A stretch of 64,000 nucleotides of DNA from Candidatus Helarchaeota archaeon (GCA_019058315.1 JAHPZH010000001.1:439536-503535); one strand, 5' to 3'; positions 42,592-53,786 are shown, numbered from the stretch's first letter. The notes: generated from the sequence alone by a model not told the origin. Made by a program: numbers and translations.

Positions 42592-44454
42592 ATGGGTAAA
42601 GTTATAGGAATTGATTTAGGAACTTCTAACTCAGCCGCAGCTGTTGTGATTGGAGGAAAACCTACCATAATTCCAGCCGCTGAGGGTGTTACTTTAGGAG
42701 GCAAAGCATTTCCGTCAGTAATTGCATTTACAAAAGATGGACAAAGATTAGTCGGTGAACCTGCCAGAAGACAAGCGATTTCAAATCCTGATAGGACAAT
42801 TACCGCTATAAAGAGAAAAATGGGAACATCATACAAAGTAACTATTGATGGTAAATCATATAGCCCACAAGAAATTTCCGCTATGTTACTTCGAAAAATC
42901 AAAGATGATGCAAGTGCATTTTTGGGAGAAGAAGTTACAGATGTAATAATTACAGTCCCCGCTTATTTTAATGATAATCAAAGACAAGCAACTAAAGATG
43001 CGGGTAAAATTGCAGGGCTTAATGTAAAAAGATTGATTAATGAACCTACAGCAGCAGCATTTGCTTATGGACTGGATAAAGGCAATATAAATTTGAAGAT
43101 TGTAGTTTTAGATCTTGGTGGCGGAACTTTCGATGTGACCATAATGGATATGGGAGAAGGTGTTTTCCAAGTTGCTTCTACTTCAGGAGATACTGCACTA
43201 GGCGGAACAGATATGGATAAACTACTTGTTGAATATATAGTCAAAGATTTTCAAAGAGAACAAGGAATTGATTTACGAAACGATTCTATGGCAATGCAGA
43301 GGGTTCGAGAAGCTGCAGAAAAAGCAAAAATTGAACTTTCAACTTCATTACAAACTGATATAAATCTTCCATATGTTACTGCGGATAATAATGGACCGAA
43401 ACACATGAATTTGACTCTAACAAGAGCTAAACTCGAAGAAATTATTGAACCTGTTTTAAGCAGACTAGATGCGCCAATAAGAAAAGCATTAAAGGATGCA
43501 GATCTAAATCCTGACAAAATTGATAAAATTCTACTTGTTGGCGGACCTACTAGAATGCCAATTGTGAGAAAGAAATTTGCAGATATATTAGGAAAAGAGC
43601 CAGAACGAGGAATAGATCCTATGGAAGCAGTGGCTATCGGTGCATCAATACAAGGAGGAGTTCTCACAGGTGAAGTTGATAAAATGGTTTTATTAGATAT
43701 TACTCCCTTAACTTTAGGGGTAGAAACCTTAGGTGGTGTCCGAACTCCATTAATTGATAGAGGTACTACAATTCCAACAGAAAAAAGTGAGATTTTTACG
43801 ACCGCAGCAGATAATCAGCCAGCAGTAGAAATTAACGTTTTGCAAGGAGAACGTCATATGGCAAGAGATAATATATCCTTAGGCAAATTCCACCTGGTTG
43901 GAATACCGCCTGCACCAAGAGGTGTTCCTCAAATTGAGGTCAAATTTGAAATCGATGTAAACGGAATTCTAAATGTGTCGGCAAAGGACCTAGCAACTGG
44001 AAAAGCAAATGCTATTACAATTACGGCATCTACAAAAATGGCAGATGAGGAAATAAAAAAGAAAATTCATGAAGCGGAACAATACGCAGAAGAAGATAGA
44101 AGACAAAAAGAACTTATTGAAGCTAAAAATCATGCAGAATCGCTAATTTATCAAGTAGAGAAAATATTAAGAGAAAATGAAGCAAAAGTTGGAGATTTAA
44201 AGCCACAGATTGAGCAAAAAATACTATCATTAAAAGGTGCAATCGAGAGTAACGATTTACAAAGGATCAAATCAGGAATGGAAGATTTGCAAAGATCTAT
44301 GCACGAAGTTTCAGCGAGAATGTATGGACAACAAACCGGTCCACAACCAGGGTATGAGCAAACTTACACTCCCCCACACGAGACAGAAGAAGAACAATAT
44401 AGAAAAGCCTCCGCACAAGACGATGTAGTTGATGCTGATTTCGAAGTAGCGTAA
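42592..44454 (+). CDS. dnaK: Chaperone DnaK (Hsp70)
   Basis: [30 protein letters not shown]. Confidence 0.99.
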   Translation: MGKVIGIDLGTSNSAAAVVIGGKPTIIPAAEGVTLGGKAFPSVIAFTKDGQRLVGEPARRQAISNPDRTITAIKRKMGTSYKVTIDGKSYSPQEISAMLLRKIKDDASAFLGEEVTDVIITVPAYFNDNQRQATKDAGKIAGLNVKRLINEPTAAAFAYGLDKGNINLKIVVLDLGGGTFDVTIMDMGEGVFQVASTSGDTALGGTDMDKLLVEYIVKDFQREQGIDLRNDSMAMQRVREAAEKAKIELSTSLQTDINLPYVTADNNGPKHMNLTLTRAKLEEIIEPVLSRLDAPIRKALKDADLNPDKIDKILLVGGPTRMPIVRKKFADILGKEPERGIDPMEAVAIGASIQGGVLTGEVDKMVLLDITPLTLGVETLGGVRTPLIDRGTTIPTEKSEIFTTAADNQPAVEINVLQGERHMARDNISLGKFHLVGIPPAPRGVPQIEVKFEIDVNGILNVSAKDLATGKANAITITASTKMADEEIKKKIHEAEQYAEEDRRQKELIEAKNHAESLIYQVEKILRENEAKVGDLKPQIEQKILSLKGAIESNDLQRIKSGMEDLQRSMHEVSARMYGQQTGPQPGYEQTYTPPHETEEEQYRKASAQDDVVDADFEVA

Positions 44455-44543
44455 TAATTCCACATACATCTTTTATTTTTTTCAAACTATAAAAAATCGT
44501 CAGACTTTCATTCAAAAAATATTTTTAAATAAAGATTAAACAT

Positions 44544-44623
44544 GGGGTCGTAGTCCTAAGTGGTTATAGACACCGACGTTGACACGTTCGGAGATGCGGG
44601 TTCGATTCCTGCCGATCCCCCCA
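44544..44623 (+). tRNA. Atypical tRNA-like gene, closest to tRNA-Val(GAC)
   Basis: GGGGTCG/CGATCCC acceptor stem, GCGGG-TTCGATT-CCTGC T arm, CCA; 19-nt irregular anticodon arm and C73. Confidence 0.7.
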
Positions 44624-44685
44624 AATTAAAAAGATATTAATGAGTAAATGTTAAAATAAAATAAATTTATGATTATTAATTAGGT

Positions 44686-45063
44686 GTGTATATGGATACT
44701 AGACTTAAAGAAGAGATTCAAATTGCTGAAGCTATTATTCGTAAAGCTAATCAAATATTAAAGGAAAAAGAATCAGCAGTTGGGGATCTTAAACCGGTTA
44801 TTGAAAAGAAAATAAAAACCTTAAAAGATGCTATTAATAATAGAGATATTAATTTAATTCAAAACACTATGGATGAACTACAAGTTCCTATTAGTGAACT
44901 TTCATCTAGAATTTATGAACCCACACAAAAAAAAGAAGATCCTCTAGAATGTGATACTTGCCAAGTTAGTTTCAAGCTACCACCAGGGTTAGCTCCAAAA
45001 ACCACTAAAAAGAAAAAAGACAAAGATAAAGAAGAGATGGATGCAGATTTAGAAATAAATTAA
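44686..45063 (+). CDS. Stand-alone DnaK C-terminal lid-like protein
   Basis: VGDLKPxIExKI..LK.AI and DAD[LF]E shared with the adjacent DnaK C-terminus. Confidence 0.8.
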   Translation: MYMDTRLKEEIQIAEAIIRKANQILKEKESAVGDLKPVIEKKIKTLKDAINNRDINLIQNTMDELQVPISELSSRIYEPTQKKEDPLECDTCQVSFKLPPGLAPKTTKKKKDKDKEEMDADLEIN

Positions 45064-45074
45064 TGATATGAAAA

Positions 45075-45143
45075 AAAACTCCTTCAAATTTCCCCTACAG
45101 TTATTCTAAAAGAATAATAGGGAAGGATATTTACGAAGGTTTT
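45075..45143 (+). promoter_or_regulatory. Long imperfect hairpin upstream of the dnaJ ribosome-binding site
   Basis: CCTTC..CCCTA..TTATTCT-aaa-AGAATAA-TAGGG..GAAGG, followed by AAGAGGT. Confidence 0.4.
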
Positions 45144-45157
45144 AAGAGGTAAATAAA

Positions 45158-46162
45158 TTGGTTAAAGATTATTATAAAATACTAGGCATTGATAAAAATG
45201 CGTCAAAAGAAGAAATTAAACGTGCATTTCGCAAAATGGCACGAAAATATCATCCAGATGTGAATCCAGGTGATAAAAGTGCTGAAGAAAAATTTAAAGA
45301 AGTAAATGCAGCTTACATGTTATTAACAGATGATAAAAAACGAGAAATGTACGATAAATTTGGGGTTGTAGAGGGTGATCCTTCAAGTTATCAGCAAGGG
45401 CCTGGCCCTGGAGGTGGCTTTCGAAGAGGACCGGGCGGGTCTTACACTTATACCGGTGGACCTGGTGGTATTAATCTTGAAGATCTATTTAGAAATATAG
45501 GAGGACAATCGGGACGTAGATCTAGTGGAGGCTCTCCATTTGAGGATTTTGACGTCTTTAGTGATCTAGGCGATATTTTTAATGTGTTTAGAGGGCAACA
45601 AAGAGGTCCTGGACGCACAGGGGCGAGAATGCCCCAATCTGGAGAAGATTTACGTTATGACATGGAAATAGATTTTCAAGAAGCATACTTCGGTGCCGAA
45701 AAAACAATTAGATTTAAGAAACCGGATACAAATAAAGAAAAAACTATTAAGGTTAAAATTCCAAGAGGTATACATCCAAATCAAAAATTAAGAATAACTA
45801 ATGAAGGTATGCCTGGTAAAAGGGGAGGTCCTGCTGGGGATTTATATATTTCTGTAAATATTAAACCACATCCTTATTTTAAAAGAAAGGGTGATGATTT
45901 ATATTATGAAACAGAAATTCCATTTACTCTAGCTGCGTTAGGAGGAAAAATTTCAGTTCCCAGCATGGAAGGAAATTTAAGCTTGAAAGTTCCTCCAGGA
46001 ACACAAGATTTAACAACATTTAGATTAAAAAATCAAGGTTTTTATGGAATAGGTTCAGAAAATAGAGGTAATTTATTAATTAAAGTTAAAATTAAAGTCC
46101 CCAAAGATCTGAATCCAAAACAGAAAAGATTAATAGAAGATTTACAAGCTTTAGGTTTATAA
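45158..46162 (+). CDS. dnaJ: DnaJ class B (no zinc finger)
   Basis: J-domain HPD, G/F-rich linker, GDLY C-terminal domain, no CxxCxGxG. Confidence 0.92.
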   Translation: MVKDYYKILGIDKNASKEEIKRAFRKMARKYHPDVNPGDKSAEEKFKEVNAAYMLLTDDKKREMYDKFGVVEGDPSSYQQGPGPGGGFRRGPGGSYTYTGGPGGINLEDLFRNIGGQSGRRSSGGSPFEDFDVFSDLGDIFNVFRGQQRGPGRTGARMPQSGEDLRYDMEIDFQEAYFGAEKTIRFKKPDTNKEKTIKVKIPRGIHPNQKLRITNEGMPGKRGGPAGDLYISVNIKPHPYFKRKGDDLYYETEIPFTLAALGGKISVPSMEGNLSLKVPPGTQDLTTFRLKNQGFYGIGSENRGNLLIKVKIKVPKDLNPKQKRLIEDLQALGL

Positions 46163-46214
46163 TTGAAAAGGATGATAATTTTTATTCATATTTATTAAAG
46201 AGGAGTGAAAATAA

Positions 46215-48824
46215 ATGTTAAGTTTTGATAAATTCACTGTTAAAGTTCAAGAAGCATTTTTAAGTGCTCGTTCGATTGCACAACAATCTAATCACCAAGC
46301 CATAACTCCAGAACACTTTTTATTTGCCCTTCTACAACAAACTGAAGGGATTGCAATTCCTATTCTTCAAAAAATTGGAATTAATCCCCAAAATTTAATT
46401 AATGATTTAAATCAAGAAATTGGTAAAATTCCAAAAGTAACAGGTTCTGGAGCAACAGAAGTTTTTATTTCACCCGAATTAAAAAATATTCTAGAAAATG
46501 CTTGGAAAGAAGCAGAAACTTTTCACGATCAATATCTATCAGTTGAACACATATTAATTGCCTTATCCGAATATCCTAATTCACAGGCAAGTAGGTTATT
46601 GAAAAAATATGGGATAGATAAGGATAAAATTCTATTAGCTCTAAAAGATATTCGAGGTGCTCACACTATTACTGATCAAGATCCAGAAGGAAAATATCAA
46701 GCTTTACAAAAATATGCTCGAAATCTTACTGATTTAGCGAGAAGAGGAAAATTAGATCCTGTAATTGGACGTGATGATGAAATAAGACGGATTATGCATA
46801 TTCTTTCTCGTCGTACAAAAAATAATCCCGTTTTAATAGGAGAAGCTGGGGTAGGAAAAACTGCAATAGTTGAAGGTCTTGCTAGAAGAATTGCCAATGG
46901 AGATGTTCCTGATTCACTTAAGAATAAGGAAGTAATATCTTTAGATCTTGGGGCATTAGTTGCAGGGACAAAATATAGAGGAGAATTTGAAGATCGATTA
47001 AAAGCTGTGTTGAAAGAAATCAACGCAGGTGCTGGAAAGTTTGTCCTATTCATAGATGAACTTCATACACTTGTAGGTGCCGGAGCTGCTGAAGGCGCAA
47101 TTGACGCATCAAATATGTTGAAACCAGCACTTGCAAGGGGTGAATTAAGATGTGTAGGTGCCACTACTATTAATGAATATCGAAAATATATTGAAAAAGA
47201 TGCAGCTTTGACAAGAAGATTTCAAACTGTTCAAGTTTCAGAACCTAGTGTTGAAGATACTATCGCGATCTTAAGAGGTCTAAAAGAAAAATATGAAATT
47301 CATCACGGTATTAGAATTTCTGATGCTGCTATAATTGCAGCGGCAACACTTTCTCATCGCTATATCACTGATAGATTTCTCCCAGATAAAGCTATAGACC
47401 TTATCGATGAAGCCGCATCTCGTCTAAGAATTGAAATTGATAGTATGCCTACTGAAATAGATGAAATTGAACGAAAAATTATCCATTATGAGATTCAAAA
47501 AGAAGCTTTGAAGAAGGAAATTGAAGATAAAACTTGTGCAGAAAAAATCCAGAAAATTGACAAAGAATTAGCTGAACTAAGACAAAAAAGTGATACCTTA
47601 AAAGCTCAATGGCAAAATGAGAAAAAAATAATTTCAAAAATTTCAGAAATAAAAGAAAAACTTGAGAATTCTCGTTATGAAGCTGAAAAAGCTGAGAGAA
47701 TGGGTGAATTAGGAAGAGCTGCTGAATTAAAATATGGGGTTATTACAAATCTAGAGAAAGAGCTTGAAGAAAATAATCAAAAATTAGAAGAAATTCAAAA
47801 AAATAAAACCATGTTAAAGCAAGAAGTTGACGCTGAAGATATTGCCAAGATAGTATCTCAATGGACTGGAGTCCCTGTTTCCCGGATGATGGAGGGAGAA
47901 CGCCAAAAATTATTACAAATGGAAGATCGATTAAAACAAAGGGTTGTTGGTCAGGATCATGCATTGGAAAAGGTTTCAAATGCAATAAGACGTGGTAGAG
48001 CAGGAATCCAAGACCCAAATAGACCAATTGGAATATTTATATTTCTCGGACCAACAGGAGTAGGAAAAACCGAGACTGCAAAAGCATTAGCCGAATTCCT
48101 ATTTGACGATGAAGCTGCTATGGTACGTATAGATATGTCTGAATTTATGGAGAAACATAGCGTTGCAAGATTAATTGGGGCCCCTCCAGGATATGTTGGC
48201 TATGATGAAGGTGGTTATTTAACAGAAGCTGTTAGAAGAAGGCCTTATTCTGTAATTCTTTTTGATGAAATTGAAAAGGCGCACCCTGAAGTGTTTAATA
48301 TATTACTCCAAATTATGGATGATGGACGACTTACTGATGGACATGGGAGGACTATAGATTTTAAAAACACCGTCATAATAATGACCTCAAATATCGGCAC
48401 AGAATTATTTACTCAAGAAAAAACCGAAAAACTAAGTGAACGAGATGCTGAGATACGCAATGAAATGAAAAAATATTTCAAACCTGAATTTTTAAATCGA
48501 ATTGATGACATAATTACATTTAACTTCTTAGATCAATCATTAATAAAACAAATCGTGGACATTCAGATAAAAAAATTAAATAAAATACTATATGAACAAA
48601 AAATTCAAATTGAATTAACTGATAAAGCTAAAGAATTTTTAGCTTGGCAAGGATATGAACCAGATTTTGGAGCTAGACCTCTTAAAAGGGCAATCCAAAA
48701 ATATATTCAAAACCCCTTATCCTTAAAATTACTAGATGGCGAATTCTTGGAAGGAGATATAATCAAAGTGGACTGGAAAAAAGATGAAATTTTGGACTTT
48801 GAGAAAACTGGAGAGCTGGAATAA
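46215..48824 (+). CDS. clpB: Disaggregase ClpB
   Basis: Clp N domain, GEAGVGKT and [11 protein letters not shown]+ modules, long middle coiled coil. Confidence 0.97.
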   Translation: MLSFDKFTVKVQEAFLSARSIAQQSNHQAITPEHFLFALLQQTEGIAIPILQKIGINPQNLINDLNQEIGKIPKVTGSGATEVFISPELKNILENAWKEAETFHDQYLSVEHILIALSEYPNSQASRLLKKYGIDKDKILLALKDIRGAHTITDQDPEGKYQALQKYARNLTDLARRGKLDPVIGRDDEIRRIMHILSRRTKNNPVLIGEAGVGKTAIVEGLARRIANGDVPDSLKNKEVISLDLGALVAGTKYRGEFEDRLKAVLKEINAGAGKFVLFIDELHTLVGAGAAEGAIDASNMLKPALARGELRCVGATTINEYRKYIEKDAALTRRFQTVQVSEPSVEDTIAILRGLKEKYEIHHGIRISDAAIIAAATLSHRYITDRFLPDKAIDLIDEAASRLRIEIDSMPTEIDEIERKIIHYEIQKEALKKEIEDKTCAEKIQKIDKELAELRQKSDTLKAQWQNEKKIISKISEIKEKLENSRYEAEKAERMGELGRAAELKYGVITNLEKELEENNQKLEEIQKNKTMLKQEVDAEDIAKIVSQWTGVPVSRMMEGERQKLLQMEDRLKQRVVGQDHALEKVSNAIRRGRAGIQDPNRPIGIFIFLGPTGVGKTETAKALAEFLFDDEAAMVRIDMSEFMEKHSVARLIGAPPGYVGYDEGGYLTEAVRRRPYSVILFDEIEKAHPEVFNILLQIMDDGRLTDGHGRTIDFKNTVIIMTSNIGTELFTQEKTEKLSERDAEIRNEMKKYFKPEFLNRIDDIITFNFLDQSLIKQIVDIQIKKLNKILYEQKIQIELTDKAKEFLAWQGYEPDFGARPLKRAIQKYIQNPLSLKLLDGEFLEGDIIKVDWKKDEILDFEKTGELE

Positions 48825-48850
48825 TTTAGTGGAATTAAAAAATTAAATAA

Positions 48851-48870
48851 AATTATGTTAAAACATAATT
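48851..48870. promoter_or_regulatory. Perfect inverted repeat after clpB
   Basis: AATTATGTT-aa-AACATAATT. Confidence 0.3.
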
Positions 48871-49193
48871 AAAGATGGAATTAAAGTATAAAAATCTTCA
48901 ATATATTGTATTTATGTCATATAACTTATTTTTCAATTTTTTTACTATAAAAAATTACTTTAAACTAAAAAAAAATCTAAACAGTATGAAAATATGTTAT
49001 TATATGCACAAATCTGTTAAATTATTTTATCAAAATTTAATGCGCCATTACAAAAACTTAAATATAACGCCGTCATATATACAAATAACGATGTAATTTT
49101 TTGCTGTATCAGATAAATTTTTAAATACTAAAGTATTAATAATAAATTGAGATATTATAATATTAAAATATAATAATAAACAAATATAACAGT

Positions 49194-50156
49194 GTGATTT
49201 ATTTGGCAACAGATGCCGTAAAAACAAAAGTTGTAAAAGATAAAAGAGATAAGGTAATATGCCCTGAATGTTTCAATGAAACAAATATAATTTCCGATTT
49301 CAGTACGGGCGATCAAATATGTGGGGAGTGTGGATTAGTTATTTCTGAAAAAATTATTGACCAAGGACCTGAATGGCGTGCCTTTAATGTAGCAGAACGA
49401 GATAAAAGAGCACGTACTGGAAGTCCTATTAGTATGACGGTCTTCGATAAAGGACTATCAACGATGATAGATTCTCACGATAAAGATTATTATGGCAATA
49501 AAATCAAACCCAAAAAGCGAGCACAAATATATCGCATGCGTAAATGGGATAATAGAACTAGAATACACGATGCAATAGCCAAAAACCTATCTAAAGCTAT
49601 GTCGGAACTAGATAGATTATCTTCTCAACTTGAAATCCCAAAAGATATTAAACAAGAAGCTGCATTCCTATATCGAAAGGCTCTCGATAGTGGAAAAATA
49701 AAAGGAAGAAATATAGCAGGAATGATGACAGCTGCCTTATATGCTGCTTGTCGTCTGCGTAATATGCCTCGTACTTTTGATGATTTTCAAAGATTTTCAA
49801 AACTAAGTAAAAAATCATTAAGAAAATTTTATAGAATTTTTGTAGAGACTATGAGCATTAAAGTCCCCCTTGCTGACCCTAAGAGTTACATTCCAAGATT
49901 TTGTGCGGCTTTAAAACTATCTATCCATGTTCAAAACAAGGTATATGAGATATTGAGTGATATTAAAGGGAAAAATATAAGTTCGGGAAGAGATCCCACA
50001 AAACTTGCCGCAGCAGCCATATATATTGCAGGAATTTTAGAGGGCGAAAAACGCACACAGAAAGAAATTGCCCAAGTGGCAAATATTTCTGAAGTTACTT
50101 TAAGAAACAGATATAAAGAAATCGCAAAGATTTTGAAAATAAGGCTGGAATTTTAA
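49194..50156 (+). CDS. tfb: Transcription initiation factor IIB
   Basis: CPEC/CGEC zinc ribbon, IDQGPEWRAF, two cyclin repeats, SEVTLRNRYKEI. Confidence 0.96.
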   Translation: MIYLATDAVKTKVVKDKRDKVICPECFNETNIISDFSTGDQICGECGLVISEKIIDQGPEWRAFNVAERDKRARTGSPISMTVFDKGLSTMIDSHDKDYYGNKIKPKKRAQIYRMRKWDNRTRIHDAIAKNLSKAMSELDRLSSQLEIPKDIKQEAAFLYRKALDSGKIKGRNIAGMMTAALYAACRLRNMPRTFDDFQRFSKLSKKSLRKFYRIFVETMSIKVPLADPKSYIPRFCAALKLSIHVQNKVYEILSDIKGKNISSGRDPTKLAAAAIYIAGILEGEKRTQKEIAQVANISEVTLRNRYKEIAKILKIRLEF

Positions 50157-50234
50157 TCATTTTTTATTTGTGGGATCTCCACTTTTCTTTTTTTTTCAAA
50201 ATAAGATAATATATGTTTTTAAAATATGAGATAA

Positions 50235-50999
50235 TTATTTTTCTGAGGATTTTTTACTCATTTGGACCATATCTTCAATCTCATCACATGTAGGTTTATC
50301 AGGACAAGTATCACACTCCCATTCATTGTCACAGTCACTACGAATCTTTTCTAATCTCTCTTTCATTACTTTTTGAAATAATTTTGAATATTTACCACGA
50401 ACTTTTTTTGCTATTTGCTCAAGGTCTTGAACATCTTCTCGACTTGAAGTTACAAAAATAGTTTCTATTTTTTCTATTAAAGGGAATTTTGTCTTGAAAA
50501 TATGCATGTATGCTCTACCAATATTTTCAAATGAAATTCCTTTTTGTACTACATTCTTACTAATTCTACACCACAATTTCTGGGGAACCGTCCGTATCAT
50601 AAATCCTTCTATTTGATCCCCAACAAATTGTGCTCGTTCGAGTGATTTGTATTGATCATCGGTGATGTGTGCTCCCCCAATTAATAATACTTGACCAAAA
50701 TCAAGAGCTTGCCCATTAGCTTCTGGAATGTCTGGACCAATTAAAGTAATTTTCCCATCATCCATTAAATGAGGAAAATTAATAATAACAATAAAAGCAC
50801 ATGATGCAGTTTGTGGAGAACCTAATTCTACATAAGTGTCTTCTTTTAATAAGATATTTTCTCCCGCTCCAGGTCCCACTTTAAAAGGCAACCCCTCTAA
50901 TAAATTATTAGGATCACATTTAAATTCCCTAAAAGCGTCTTTTTTATTTTCTCTTTCCGCTAAATAATTTCTAATATCGTCCAAAAACATATTATTCAA
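50235..50999 (-). CDS. Short acetyl-CoA synthase beta (CdhC)-related protein
   Basis: DTYVELG, DGKITLIGPDI, EGFM, WCRISK, C-terminal CDTC-x5-C; much shorter than full ACS beta. Confidence 0.6.
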   Translation of the reverse strand: MNNMFLDDIRNYLAERENKKDAFREFKCDPNNLLEGLPFKVGPGAGENILLKEDTYVELGSPQTASCAFIVIINFPHLMDDGKITLIGPDIPEANGQALDFGQVLLIGGAHITDDQYKSLERAQFVGDQIEGFMIRTVPQKLWCRISKNVVQKGISFENIGRAYMHIFKTKFPLIEKIETIFVTSSREDVQDLEQIAKKVRGKYSKLFQKVMKERLEKIRSDCDNEWECDTCPDKPTCDEIEDMVQMSKKSSEK

Positions 51000-51043
51000 T
51001 TCAGGATTTTCTTAAGAAATATTTCTATAATTTTCTAATATAA

Positions 51044-51071
51044 AAAGAATAAAAAGAAAAATATAACTTAT
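51044..51071 (+). repeat. 28-bp direct repeat, copy 1
   Basis: AAAGAATAAAAAGAAAAATATAACTTAT, identical to 53667-53694. Confidence 0.75.
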
Positions 51072-51122
51072 CCATATCTATAATAAAAATAAGATTAAAC
51101 CTTTACTTTTCATATAACCCCT

Positions 51123-51311
51123 CTATTCAAAATCAATCACCTTTTCTTCAATTCCATGTCTTATAGCCATAAAAGGATATTCAATAGGATCGATTTCAAT
51201 AATTCCCATTCTCATTATAAAGAAGTAAGTAAAGATAAAAAACATTAAGCTTCCAATTCCTCCAATTATTAATAAAGCTCGGTTTTTAGGATAATCAATT
51301 ATTTTGCTCAT
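51123..51311 (-). pseudogene. Short partial paralog of the adjacent membrane protein
   Basis: KIIDYPKNRALLIIGGIGSLMFF matches KIIYHTKNRSLLLIGGIGSIMFF in 51363-52829. Confidence 0.55.
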
Positions 51312-51362
51312 AATAACTCACCTATAAGCATTTTTGGTTCTTTATAAATTATCATTCAATTT

Positions 51363-52829
51363 CTAATCCTCCTCCTTAAAGAGATCAGGATCAAGTTCAC
51401 GCTCACCAATTTTTTCCCAATAACTTTTTTCTTTAGCTTTTTCTGATTTTTTTTCTTTTACTTTCTCTAATGGTTTTTTTTCAATTTCTATGGGTTCTTC
51501 CTTTTTGTTCTCCTTTTTTTGTGCTTTTATTTCATCTGTTTTTTTTAATTCTCTATCTTTTTGTACCTTTTTATCTGTTTTTTGGTTATAAGTTACAGTT
51601 TTAGATGTGGATCCAATAAAAAAAGTTATACCTATTAGGATACAGGAATAAATCAGCAATCCAAATGAAAACACCCAAAAATTAAAAAGACCTATCCCAA
51701 AAAAAAATCCTCTTCGAAAATAATATATAATAAAAATCGATAAGAAGAAGCCAATTATTGTAATAATGCTTGTGATTATATTAACTATTCCAGTAATAGC
51801 GGTAAAAGTCGGAAATCTTGTATCCTTTTTTATTTTTAATAATCCTATACTTATTAGAATAAAAAATGTATAAAGGAAAGGAAATCCAAAGTAAATTAGA
51901 TAAATAATTAAACTGAAATGATAATTAAATCCAATATTCATTGTAAAAAATATTCCTAAAGTAATGCTTGAAATTAGAGAAAAAATAAAAGCAGTTTTTG
52001 CTAACTTACTTTCATATTGTTTATGATAGCCTAGAATTGCAACACCCATTAAAACTTCTCCTACGATAAGAAGAATAGAAAATATAAACGTCCAAAATTT
52101 AAATGTATAAAAATCATAAATTCTATTACTTACAACAATTATAGGAAAAGGTATAGGAAAAGGAGAAGGTTGGTTACCAATAATTGTTATTCTAATAATA
52201 AAGAAGAACGTAAAGAAAAAAAACATTATACTTCCAATTCCCCCAATTAATAATAAACTTCTATTTTTAGTATGATAAATTATCTTTTTTGGTTTTTTAC
52301 CAATTACTCCACTCCATAAATACATTTTACTACTGAAAATAACACTAAGAACTGCTGAAATTATGTTTAGGAAGGAGAAAATTAACATCCAAATTGGCAT
52401 TTTTGGATAATTATAAAAAAGGAGAAATGAGAAAATTGGAACGTGTTCTGCTTCAGAATAAACAGGCAAATAAAGAATAACGAGACCAAAATTTAAATCA
52501 TATCGGAATGTTGAAGCACCCCAGAAGAAAAATATTAAAATCGAATTTACGAGAATAAAAATCCAGGTAAATAATCCCAGAGAAGAAAATTTTCTTGGAA
52601 TTTTAGTTTTATTAAGTGTAGCAGTAATATATCCAATATGTAGACAAAAACTAATTATGTTAAGAGTCAAAAATATACTTAAGATTGGGATTTCATTTGG
52701 TAGTGCTATCTCATGTACTGATATCAATACAATCAATTGTAATATTTGCGAAACAATTAGAATAGTAATAATTCTATTAAAAATTTGTGTAAGTTCATCT
52801 TTACTCCTCAATTTAATACCCTCATTCAA
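51363..52829 (-). CDS. Multi-pass membrane protein with Lys/Glu-rich tail
   Basis: About ten hydrophobic segments. Confidence 0.75.
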   Translation of the reverse strand: MNEGIKLRSKDELTQIFNRIITILIVSQILQLIVLISVHEIALPNEIPILSIFLTLNIISFCLHIGYITATLNKTKIPRKFSSLGLFTWIFILVNSILIFFFWGASTFRYDLNFGLVILYLPVYSEAEHVPIFSFLLFYNYPKMPIWMLIFSFLNIISAVLSVIFSSKMYLWSGVIGKKPKKIIYHTKNRSLLLIGGIGSIMFFFFTFFFIIRITIIGNQPSPFPIPFPIIVVSNRIYDFYTFKFWTFIFSILLIVGEVLMGVAILGYHKQYESKLAKTAFIFSLISSITLGIFFTMNIGFNYHFSLIIYLIYFGFPFLYTFFILISIGLLKIKKDTRFPTFTAITGIVNIITSIITIIGFFLSIFIIYYFRRGFFFGIGLFNFWVFSFGLLIYSCILIGITFFIGSTSKTVTYNQKTDKKVQKDRELKKTDEIKAQKKENKKEEPIEIEKKPLEKVKEKKSEKAKEKSYWEKIGERELDPDLFKEED

Positions 52830-53148
52830 AATGAAATTGAAGCTGTTTAAATTTGGAATCCTATATATTAGTTTTAAATGATATTTACTAAATTTTCAAC
52901 TTATCCTCTAAATTTCCTTTAAGTAATGTGCTTTTACATTTAAGCTAACTTGTTATTAAATTTTGTGAAGTAAAAGGAAGTAACTATTTTTTAATATCCT
53001 TATTATCCAATTTTAAAAACTTGTCATATATTCCAATCCTCTTAATTGTTTTAATTTACTATTTAATTTCTCTCCTTGAAGGATTCAAAACACCAAAAAC
53101 TATTTTAATTAGTTTAGTTCTTAAAATTAACTGGATAAGGTTAAAAAA

Positions 53149-53616
53149 TTGTCAAGTAGAGAAAGGTTTATCACCGAATATTGTCCTCATTGCGGGTTAA
53201 GTTTAATATCAGATAAATTAACAAAGAATTGTCCAAATTGTGGATATCAGGTTACTATCACGAATAAAGACCTAAAGAACATGATGCCACCAGAAGGAAA
53301 AGCGTTGGTCTACATAATACGTCCACAAATTCAAGGCTCATTAGTTGTATTTAAAAATTATATTAATGAACGTTATATTGGAGCCACAAAGGGTAGAAAA
53401 TTTCTTTATGAAATATTAGAGCCAGGAATGTATACTATTACTTCAAAGGCAGAAAAATATAACTCTCTCGAACTAGAAGCCGAACCTAATAAAATTTATT
53501 TTATAAAACAAAACTTGAAAATGGGAATCTGGATGATGAGAGTTCAATTAGAATTGATAAATGAGGTAAAAGGTCGCAAATTATTGAAAAAATGCAAATT
53601 ATTCACAAAATATTAA
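53149..53616 (+). CDS. Zinc-ribbon plus DUF2846-like domain protein
   Basis: CPHCG/CPNCG then ALVYIIRP...LEPGMYTI...IYFIKQ. Confidence 0.7.
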   Translation: MSSRERFITEYCPHCGLSLISDKLTKNCPNCGYQVTITNKDLKNMMPPEGKALVYIIRPQIQGSLVVFKNYINERYIGATKGRKFLYEILEPGMYTITSKAEKYNSLELEAEPNKIYFIKQNLKMGIWMMRVQLELINEVKGRKLLKKCKLFTKY

Positions 53617-53666
53617 ATATTAAAAATTTTACATTCAATTCTCAACCTCAAGGGTTATTAAAATAT

Positions 53667-53694
53667 AAAGAATAAAAAGAAAAATATAACTTAT
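53667..53694 (+). repeat. 28-bp direct repeat, copy 2
   Basis: Identical to 51044-51071. Confidence 0.75.
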
Positions 53695-53786
53695 TTTTCA
53701 AATAATTAAAGAATAGAAATTAAATATTATTGAAAAAATAAAAATAAGAATGAAAAGAAGAATTTCGAAATCTATGAGATGATTAT

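Noticed and set aside
48875-49096. 73-aa ORF between clpB and tfb
   Set aside because: Low-complexity AT-rich translation; more likely promoter/intergenic DNA.
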